From: Octopus sinensis
Lineage: Eukaryota
Length of the DNA stretch: 64,000 bases
Assembly: GCF_006345805.1 (NCBI RefSeq)
Contig: NC_043002.1
Location: 103,912,001-103,976,000, forward strand
Direction of reading: 5' to 3'
Below the pieces are notes generated by a model. It had not been told where the DNA came from. It did not search any database and worked only from the letters and a program-made list of their open reading frames with translations. Position numbers and translations under genes: made by a program. Below, one piece after another: positions 54,000 to 64,000 of this stretch. The first letter of the stretch is position 1. The number at the start of each line of letters is the position of its first letter.

Positions 54000-56900
54000 T
54001 TATTCTTGTAAAATATTGACAGTATGTATAAAGCTATTTGAAAAATAAGCTTTTAGCCAAAACATCTGCAGTAAACTTTCGTATGTATGGTAATGGAACT
54101 CTATAAGATACGTTGAGGTGTTGAGAAAGTAATCTTTTTAAGAATTGGAAATGATCTTGTTACTTAGTGGAATAACCTGCGCCAGATATATTTTCCGTAT
54201 AAGTCGGTATATATAAGTCAGTATATAATATAACTAACATATGTGTATCTGTTACATTGTTGTAACCGTTTTGATATGCTAAATCTTTTCGATTTCAATA
54301 AGCAGATCTTTATATTTTCTGAGCTTATCAAATTCTTTTGCCGAAATATTCTGATCATTGAGCATCCTCATGTCAATCAATAACTAGACTTTATTGTTTT
54401 CGTCTATTAAAACAATATCTCGTTTATTTGCTTTGATGGTCCGATCTGTACATACAGGAAAGTCCCAATGAATCGTTACATTTACTCACTCAGTTACAGA
54501 CTTAGGGTGTTGATTCTACGATCTGTCGGCGGTTTAAAAGGCGACACATTATCCATTGAAAATATTCGCCAATTCTGTCATGTTTTCATTTGTACTCTAC
54601 AGGTGCTAAAACCTTTCGTCCTTAGATTAGATGGTCCACTGTCTCTATCCCATCACTGCAGTATCGGCACTTTGGTTCTGCAACATTTTTCATCGCGTCG
54701 GCTTGATAGTTCCGGGTAAACAAGCTCTGAACTTGTGCAACCAATATAAAACCTTCACTCAGCCTTTAACCCTAAGCTTCGTAGCCACAGGTGAGTGGGC
54801 CTCTGGTCTACGTTGTTTGCTACGGCCCACATATTTGCCATCCAGAGATTGGTGTTTCCACCTATCAGCCAATTTTTCAAACGCACTTTGCTTTGCTATT
54901 GATTTTACTTTCTTTGCAACTACAGTTGTTGCACTTCTGTCATGCTATTAAAACTGGGCATTATGCATAAATGCACTTGAAAATTCTTTGTACTCCTTCA
55001 TAGCAGAATGAAGTTTCCTAAGTCTTTTGTGGTTTTCAACGAGGTTTAGCATCCTGTCTTTAGATGTTTCAAGATATTTCGCCCCTCTAATTGTGATAGG
55101 CTTTTTCAAATTGGATCAAGCCTAGGCCTCCTTGAATGCTGGGTAAGTAAAGACGCAAATGTCTTTCGGTGGAGCATTTTATTGCAAGTCAGCAGCTTAC
55201 GGATTTTCCTGTCAATCCTTCCTTTTTCGCACATATTCCAGTTCAAAACATTGAAACTGTAAATAACAACGGCAACTGCTAAGGAATTTTTAGCCAACAC
55301 CTTATTACGTGCACGTAACTCGGATTTTACTTGCTCGTAACAAGGATCTCACCACTGAATACTTTCGCAGTACGTGGTAGTCCTTCAAGTTTATTATCGT
55401 ATTTACCATAGAGTTTTAGGTCATCCATATAAAATAGATGACTTATTTTATTTTCGCCAATTTTATATCCATACCCTGATCTGTTAAGTACACCTGTAAG
55501 TGCATTAGGACTACGCAAAAATTAAAGGTGAAAGTGAGTCACCTTGGAAAATGCTGCAGTTGATATTAATATTTTGTGGTCAGAACTCCATTCGAGTTGT
55601 ATAATTGGAGATTCATATTCCACATTGACATGCTGTGCTTCAGGAAATTTGAAATCACAGGAGAAATTTTGAAAATATCAAACGTTTTCAAGATCCATAA
55701 ATAAGGTATGTTGTCGAACGCCTTTTTATAATCAATCCTTACAGAACTGAGAATTCCCTGTTTGTTATGACAGTTCTCAAGGATCATGCGATTGACTAAT
55801 ATTTAGTCTTTGCATCCATCTGAGCCTCGTCGGAAACCTTTATTCAGTGGGGAAAATATCGTTCTGTTCCTTAAATTTGTATGTTTTCTTCACGAGGATG
55901 GATGTTAAAATTTTATACATGGTAGATAGGCATGTTATGGGCTTCATTGTACTTCGGCAGTAGGTAATTAATACCTCTTGCTAACCAGTCAGGTGTCCGC
56001 GTTGTATCTCTCATAATTTCATTGATTAACAGGCTCATCTTTCCTGCGCGCTCGGGAGCGAGGCGAGCCATAAATTTGGCACCCTATCATTACCAGGGGA
56101 TTTCCACTTATCAGCTTTCGTGAGTGTCATCCTTATGTCTGCTATTGTGATGTATTCCTATGCTTGTTCTGGTAAGTTTTGGTAGCGTCCTTCGGTGCGT
56201 CTAATCCAATTTGCATTTTCATTGTAAGTCTTGTCATCACTACAGCTATTTTTTCTGAAGTTTTTAACGTCTTCCATAGGAAGGGGAGAGTCTTCAACGG
56301 TTATTTTCTCTTTCTCTATTTCTCTGTAGAATGTTTTCCCATTGGATGTGAACAGCCTATTTTGCTTGTAAAATATGTTTCTCGTCACAAATATTCATAT
56401 TCTTTGCGCTTTTGCTTGGACTTTTACTGTGTTTCTTTAGGTGAAAGTAGTTCTCTTGTTGAGAATCTGTATTTCTCTACATTTTTCTTCCTATTCTGGT
56501 TTTCATATCGTTTCCTCAGATTACTTCATTCTGCATTGATATATATCACCTCTCATTATTTCAATCGCTTTTCAATTTTACATTTCCAGTTTTGAATTTT
56601 TCTCAGGTTTGTATTTCTTATTTTTTCAGAGGCATACAACTGGTTGCAGTTGTCTTCGCAGCTGTGTAAATAATTTCATTTAATTCAGTGAGATCTGGTT
56701 TTAGTTCTTGTATAATTTCCTTTGTTACACAGTTTCCAATTTTAATTTGTTTTCTATTTGGGATTATATTTGAGATTTTATGAGATGGTTCATTTCCCAT
56801 GCATATTGGTGTATCTTACAACCGTAATCTTATTCAGGATCATCTGCTTCAGTTCTATCATAGACTCTCTGCGTTCTTCAGTAAATGTATAGTCTTCAAG

Positions 56901-57235
56901 TATTGTTTCTTTACCACTTTGCTTGCTATCTTTATCAAGTAAATTACAATTTATTTCGCCAGACGTTTGCGTGTTCTGGTCAAAAGACAATCTTTCAATT
57001 GAGACTCGTGAAAAATTGCTTTCTTCGTCTGGCTCTTCATTTCCTTTCCGTCTTATATTTAGGACATTTTCTACTGCGTGCTTGATCGCTGTTACTTCAA
57101 TATCTGTAAGTCTTTTATTTCAGAGGATATTCCTCCTAATATTTGCTAACAGGTTTTATTCCAAATATAGTCTGCTTGCTTGACTTCATGTTCTCCATAT
57201 TTGATAAGAGTGTGCGGTGTGATTCTCTTCAGATG
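54000..57235 (-). mobile_element. Near full-length decayed R4/Dong LINE (RT + CCHC + RLE)
   Basis: LANIRRNI..KRLTDIEV (N-terminus), KWKSPGND, PITCLSTMYKILT, IDYKKAFDNIPY, FQGDSLSP, SHLFYMDDLKLY, YSFNVLNW, GGLG, WDFPV.TDRTIKANK, KYKDL; many frameshifts and stops. Confidence 0.93.
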
Positions 57236-57239
57236 ACCT

Positions 57240-57500
57240 GCCTAATGCATATCAAGTTCTCCGACAATCACTGGTATTGTAACCGTTTTTAGATGCACAT
57301 CTTTTCGATTTTGATTAGAAAATCTTTGTTTTCTGAGCTCATCAACTTATTTTTCCAAGATATTATGATCACAGAGTATGCTCATATCAATCAATAAGCA
57401 GACTTTATTGTTTTGGCCTTTCACAAAAATATCTCGTTTATTTGCTTTGATGGTCCGGTTTTTACATACTGGGAAGTCCAAAAGAATCATCACATTTTAT
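57240..57500 (-). mobile_element. Additional R4/Dong RLE-domain fragment
   Basis: Homologous to 8020-8250 and 54260-54480. Confidence 0.85.
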
Positions 57501-57519
57501 CCCTCTATCATTATTATTA

Positions 57520-58045
57520 TCTTTTGTATCGTATGAGAACTCAAAATGTATTTTGTTGGGTATGGTGGAAAGTGCCAGCTGACCACAACCAGCTGACTAT
57601 GATGACGCATGTTTACTGGTGATGCTTCAAGAACCTAGCAACGGATTTTTGCAGTTCCAAGCAATGCTTATTTTTGTAGGTGTTCTACCTCCACATTTGC
57701 ACCGATCTTTTTCTGCCATGTTCGTAGTTGAGTGGCCCAATTACTATTGGTATCAAGTCTATTCTCTATATAGACAACAACCTTCGTATTTCCCACACCA
57801 AATCGTCATAGCTGTTTATTTTTTTTCTTTCACATTGATCTTGTTGTCATCGGGGCATGCTATGTCGATTATCATACATGTTCTTCTTTTTTTTTTCATC
57901 ACAACAATTCCTGGTTTCCGATGCCTGGTCGGGTGATCACATCATTGCACCCCACAGGATTTTTCAATTCTCATTTTCGGTGACTCCTTCTGGAGTTGGC
58001 TCATACCACGTCTTTGCACTTTGTAAGCCCTGATTTCCACGGAGC
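57520..58045 (-). mobile_element. 3' end of a different R4/Dong subfamily within (TAA)n
   Basis: TWYEPTPEGVTENEN.KILW...TCMIIDIACPDD...YDDLVWEIRRL...IPIVIG...EHLQK.ALLGTAK; (TAA)n at both ends. Confidence 0.85.
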
Positions 58046-58067
58046 ATTATTATTGTTATTATCATTA

Positions 58068-58109
<42 letters not shown>

Positions 58110-58135
58110 ATTATTATTATTATTATTACTATTAC

Positions 58136-58174
<39 letters not shown>

Positions 58175-59316
58175 GATTATTATTATATTTTCCTTTTTAC
58201 ATTTGTGCTCTCACTGAATATTTTCAAGCACGTAATTTGTATGTGAACTGAATTTTGTTTCTCCCTAATTCTGTTTCTTTAATTGAAATTCTCTTATTGA
58301 ATATGTATGTTGTGCCAAATCATGCTATTTTTGTCTGCCATGAACTTTTGTTATTTCTGTGATGTGGATTAGGCGTTTATGTGTACCACCCCAAATCTTA
58401 AAACTTGAATAAATTTTCCAACTGTTTGATTCCTAGTTTAACATCAATTGGGACTGCTATGTCGATTTCAAAGCACATCTTCCCATGGCGGTTCTTCACA
58501 ACAATTTCTAGTCAATTACCATTCTTCCATCTTTGTCTCTTTGTATAAGCATAACCCAGTGTATCCTTACTTTCTCATTTTCTGCGAATTTTTACTTTGC
58601 GTACTGAAACCGTACTATTTGTTTTTTAGCAGCTATTTCTTGATGGAGGCACAGTTCTCAAATTGTGTTTATGGCATACATGCAGAGTCACATTTTTCAA
58701 ATCAGAACCGGGAAGTTACATACAAAGAAATTGCATGATTCTTCGCATTCTATTCAAATTTTTATTTTTTGTGAAAATCATATTTGCAGAACCGCTAAAG
58801 AACTAAAAAAAAAAAAAAATTGTTTTGAGTCGTTTGTTCGGCTCTTTATGTTCAAATCCCGTCCAGCTAAATTTTGCCGTTAATCCGTTCGGAATCGATA
58901 ATACGAAATGCCAGTAGATTTGCGCCAGGACTTAGACTTGTCCTTCATATTCTCCAAGTAAAACAAATAAAACATGATTGGACACAATAAATTGCCAGAG
59001 GAAGTAAAGGTGGGGGGTGGGCGATGATATTGACTCCCCATCACCTAAAAAATTCGCGCCAATTGATGGACTGAACCATCAACAATTGCTGTTACACTTG
59101 TTTGTTTCTTTTTTTGATTATGTGTTGTTGTTGGTAATGGTTGCTTATGCAGTTGTTCGTTTGCGTGGCGTGTTTTATTATAATCGCGGTATTTTGAGCT
59201 GATTTCTAGCGTGATGTTAGAATTCGAAAAAATTATTTAGTTTTCTATGAAAATAGAAACGATTTTCACCAACTGGATTGAAAAAAGATTTTAAATTAAA
59301 ATATACTGACACTATA

Positions 59317-59800
59317 GGAAGATGAGAGCAAGGGGGGGAAAAGGAGTAGGGAGGAGGAGGAGAAGGAGGGGAGGAGAAGAAGAAGAAGAAGAAGAAGAAG
59401 AAGAAGAATAAGAAAAAAGAAGAAGAAGAAAAAGAAGTAGAAGAAGGAGAAGAAGAAGAAGAAAGAAGAAGAAGAAGAAAAAGAAGAAGAGGAAGAAGGA
59501 GAAGAAAAGAAAAAAAGAGGAAGAAGAAGAAGGAGAAGAAGAAGAAGAAGAAAAAGAAGAAGAAAAAGAAAAAAGAAGAGGAAGAAGAAGAAGGAGAAGA
59601 AGAAGAAGAAGAAGAAGAAGAAGAAGAAAAAGAAAAAAGAAGAAAAAGAAAGAAGAAGAAGAAGAAGAAGAAAGGAGAAGAAGAAGAAGAAGAAGAAGAA
59701 GAAAAAGAAAAAAGAAGAAGAAAAAGAAAAAAGAAGAGGGAGAAGAAGAAGAAGAGAAGAAGAAGAAGAAGAAGAAGAAGAAGAAGAAGAAGAAGAAGAA
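59317..59800 (+). repeat. ~480-bp polypurine (GAA)n-rich tract
   Basis: Directly visible; almost purine-only on the plus strand. Confidence 0.95.
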
Positions 59801-60336
59801 TATCGACAAGGATGAAATCAAGGAAAAAACATAATCATAAAATAAATTGAAAAACCTGCAACTATAAGAACAGCATCGAAACGCAACGAAACCCACAGAG
59901 AAGAGAAAAAAGAAAAATTTCTTAGATTTATAAAGATAACACACTTAACAACACAAGAACAAAAACAAAAAACCACGGCTTCAACAAATAAAGAAATAAA
60001 AATATATATAAATGAAATAATAATCGCAAGAAAATTAATGTTTTTGCTATATCTTATCTGTCGATGTGATTTTCGTTTCAAAATTTACGGATATATTTGT
60101 TTTTGTTTATTAAAAATATTTTGAAAAATTATTTTGCTGTTTTCTGTAATTTGTGAGGTTGTTCTTATATATGTTAAATATAATATTTCGTCATTGTTCA
60201 ATTTTTTTCTTCTACCTCAATCATTATTTAGAAACGTATTTATATATAAAAAGACCAGAAAATCACCAAAATACAGAAATACAAATACATACACAAATAC
60301 ATACTTACGCACAACACACACCCAAACACTCATATA

Positions 60337-60412
<76 letters not shown>

Positions 60413-60459
60413 TTATATATATGTATATGTGTGTGTATATATATGTGTATGTGTGGGCA

Positions 60460-60513
<54 letters not shown>

Positions 60514-60518
<5 letters not shown>

Positions 60519-60718
60519 ATCCCTCGACTATCGCATGTGTAACGTTCCAAAATCTCCCACAGTAATAATTACCATATAAGAAATGTAAAAACCTATCGGC
60601 TGCAGAAACCCGCGATATACTGAGGAGTCCGCGATAGAAATTTACATATACTAGCCAGAAAAATCCGTGATGTATTGAGTGCGTGATAGGTGATTCGCGA
60701 TATGGCGAGGGATTACTA
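60514..60718. mobile_element. Tigger/pogo-like MITE
   Basis: TIRs TAGTAATCCCTCG / CGAGGGATTACTA, extending imperfectly, flanked by TA. Confidence 0.85.
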
Positions 60719-60947
60719 TATGTGTGTATGTGTGCGTGCGCATGTGTGTGTGTTTACGTTCACAGATTCACATATACACATATATACACAATCTATATTG
60801 ACAAAGCTCTGGCTTAATGTTTCATATATTCACTAAATTTGAACCTGCTCGAGACTGCAAATGATTGTGTTTAATGAACAAATTTCTGATACTGAATAAC
60901 ATTTCCTGCTATTTGTCTAAATATGATGCTTACGTATTTATTGAGTA

Positions 60948-62115
60948 CTAGCATTAAAGACCCGTCGTGCCGGGTCATAGTGCTAGTGCATGTATATATG
61001 TGTATATATATGTGTACATATTACATGTACTTATATATATATATACATCTACACATAAAATGCAAAATACAAAGTTATATCTTGATATCGCTAGTGATAA
61101 CAATACGCAAAATATATAACAGACTGGTATTGTTAGCCCGTCTCTTGTAATTTCGATCAATTGTATCTTGTCTTCCCTCTTGTATAGAAGTGTGGCTACA
61201 ATCCAGCCTACCTCTACTTCTGGGGGGAGGACATTAAAATTTTTTTTCCGGGACGTCCTACGTCCCAGATATAAAGGTAAAAATAAAATATTTCCACTTT
61301 GCAAGTTCGAGTCGAGTACTCCCTTGCACGCTCCGTTGACTCGAACCTTGCTTCTATTGTGGCGAATTTACCGCCTCTGGTTAGATACATTTCATAGTCG
61401 CACCAAGACACTTTTCGAAGGTGCTTTTCTCCATTTGTTCAAATCTTTTTTCTCTACATTGTATACTTTATAGACAATAGTCTTTTCTTTAATTTAATTT
61501 TTTATTATCCATCCTGACTATTCCATTTCTGCACGCTAATTTTATTTTTAATTTATTACCATTCATGTGAAACCACTTCTTCAAGTTCAAATCATTGATG
61601 CAGTTTTATACCAATTGCTATTTTTACATTTGTTATGTTACTTTAGTTTGATTTTAATTATTACTTACTACATATAATTCAATTGTTATTATTATTTTTA
61701 TTGTTAAAGTGAAAGTATCTGACAAAAAATAGAGAAACGTTTTTGTTTCACTTTTAACACGTAATACTGAAATAGTGGAGAAGATATGATATTGCTATGG
61801 GCTCGCTCTAGGCAAGAAGTTGAACATTTTTTGGCCCATGAAACTACATGGACACTAAGTAAGGCATGTGTAAAATTTGAATGGTATTGGTTGTGTAGTT
61901 CTCAGGTTTTAGGGAATCGTAGTGGAGAAGATATGATATTACTGTGGGCTCGCCCTAGGCAAAAAGTTCAAATTTGTTTTTGCCGATGTCACTCCCCGGA
62001 CCCTAAGTAAGGCATGTGTAAAATGTGAATGAAATTGGTTGTGTAGTTCTCAACTTTTATGGAAACAGACAGACAGACAGACAGACACACATTCCCAGTT
62101 TTATATATATAAAGA
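60948..62115 (-). mobile_element. Non-autonomous Helitron with internal ~147-bp tandem repeat
   Basis: Minus: A|TC at 62115, CTAG|T at 60948, hairpin GACCCG-tcgtgc-CGGGTC (60959-60976), (GACA)n near the 5' end, repeat units starting AGTGGAGAAGATATGATATT at ~61774 and 61921. Confidence 0.78.
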
Positions 62116-62524
62116 TGACAGAAAGTAAGTAAGCATTGCGTAGGACAACTTGTTTAGGAAGAGAACAATAATTTGGGGGCGCCATTCAAGTTCGTAGGTT
62201 TTTGTGACCATGCAGCTGCATCTAGTTACTGAAATATATAGAAAGGTTTTCACAAACCCAACATATGAAAAGCATTTCGTATACAGATATAGCTACATTT
62301 ATAATGAAATGGCAAGTCTGTGAGAGAGTGTTATTTCAGTTTTCAGTACAGTGCACAATCACGGTGTGGGTATTAAATCCTTCAAATACGACTTAGAAGA
62401 ATACAATACCAGTAGAAATTTGAAACACCGTAGCGCTTCTTTGATAAATAAACACACACACATACACACATATATACATGCATACATATCTTCATAAATC
62501 AAAACATAGACATATGTATATATA

Positions 62525-62660
62525 CATACAAAAATACCCAGTTGTTGATGTCGAAATTTCAATGAAGGAACCTTGGATCTGCGTTAGAAAAGGGCTCTTT
62601 CTCTATTCACAAGAAATCTTGAAATAAAACTGAACAATGACATAACTACATACATACACT
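62525..62660 (+). mobile_element. RLE LINE family B 3' UTR ending in (CATA)n
   Basis: Similar to 63470-63595. Confidence 0.75.
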
Positions 62661-63438
62661 TTCAAGATTATGAGTTTGCAATGCAGGAGCAGGAAATATT
62701 AGCCAAATATCTGAGGCAGAGATGCAGGAAATGCAGTAAAATATGACAACCGATGCAGACATGTTGGAGTTAACACCGAAGATATCACCCACAGAGTAAG
62801 CAGTTGACCGGAAGTGTCATCACGGTATTATCTACCGATGTGACATAAAGTTGTATCCGGGACACCGGATAACAAGATCCGTGGAAAAGATAGCCAGAGA
62901 ACAAAGAAATAAGAACCTACAATGAGGTGGACAACGTAAACACTTAATTCAAAAGGAATACCAGTGAAAAACTCAATAAAATGTAAACACAATAGACCTA
63001 ATATATTGATTTGTGGTCTACGAAAAGAGATTGTGTACACTTATAGGAATCAGCTGCCCAGCGGATGTTAACAAAAAGATAAAGGGCTGTGAAAAAGAGA
63101 ATGTCTACACTGAACTATTGAAAACTCTGCAGCTACTGTATCCAGATTAAAAGTTCATGTTTATGCCTGTAATTATTGGGGCACTGGGATATGTAACACA
63201 CTGCCTAAAGACCAATCATGAAAAATTAGGATTCTCAAAATCAGAAACAGGAAAGCTGATTCGAAGACGACTACATATACAATTCTTCACCGGAACTGTA
63301 AAATTCTGTAATACGTTATAGAAGTATATCATTTAAGTATATATGAGCATGTCTAGATATGCAAGTAAATGCACAAGAGGATATACATGAAACAAAATAT
63401 AGAAATATGCATGCAAACATACACACAAACACACACAC

Positions 63439-63469
<31 letters not shown>

Positions 63470-63595
63470 CATACAAAAATACCCTGTTGTTGCTGTTGAA
63501 ATTCCAGTGAAGACGCCTGTAATCTAGGTTAGAAACCGGTTCTTTCTCTGTTGGCAAGAACTCATGAAATAAAACTAAATAAAGACTCATGTTGA
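62661..63595 (+). mobile_element. RLE LINE family B, 5'-truncated (CCHC + RLE + 3' UTR)
   Basis: FAMQEQEILAKYL...YDNRCR...EDITH.VSS...YYLP...KCKHNRPNILI...ISCPADVN...EKENVY.ELL...FMPVIIGALGYV; UTR carries an internal (CATA)n. Confidence 0.85.
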
Positions 63596-63653
63596 TACAT
63601 ATACACATACAAACATACATATATGCATGAATATGAACATATATACATATAAG

Positions 63654-63687
<34 letters not shown>

Positions 63688-63797
63688 TTATTTATATATT
63701 ATTTATATATTATTTATTATGCAATTTTCTAGATGGTGTAATTTAATTATTCATTTTGAATTGATAAAAGGTGGGTTTTTTTCTAATATTTATATAT

Positions 63798-63863
<66 letters not shown>

Positions 63864-64000
63864 TACATACATATATATTCTTTTACTTCTTTCACTCATT
63901 TGACTACGGCCTTGCTGGAGCGCATACACATACATATATACCCATACATACATTAAACTTTTTATCTCTTTTATCTCACGCAGGTATGTTTAAGCCATAA

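Noticed and set aside
54000-57235. Active or domesticated reverse transcriptase gene
   Set aside because: Multiple frameshifts, stops and deletions; no continuous ORF.
59312-59944. 210-aa ORF
   Set aside because: Antisense read of the (GAA)n tract.

Overview
AT-rich, gene-poor animal genomic DNA with one 100-N gap (5843-5942), dense (TA)n/(CA)n/(TAA)n/(TATC)n/(GAA)n microsatellites and many retroelement remnants. The SINE families resemble ones I recall from octopus, so a cephalopod origin is inferred, not shown. No intact protein-coding gene can be supported. Most listed ORFs are microsatellite read-throughs or decayed LINE frames (R4/Dong-type RLE LINEs, RTE LINEs, a Penelope-like GIY-YIG C-terminus), and there are only a few weak candidate exons (38-39 kb, 47 kb). 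The most striking unexplained signal is about 15 minimal type I hammerhead-ribozyme-like motifs (intact to degenerate) from at least six sequence-unrelated short elements. Most lie in head-to-head inverted pairs typical of Penelope-like elements. One family is fused to a tRNA-like Pol III head through an (AAT)n spacer, making it a candidate hammerhead-tailed, Penelope-mobilised SINE. Also present are two non-autonomous Helitrons with canonical ends, a Tigger-like MITE, a solo LTR with a 5-bp TSD, and RLE LINEs that appear to target (TAA)n or (CATA)n repeats. All calls were made by eye and boundaries of decayed elements are approximate.
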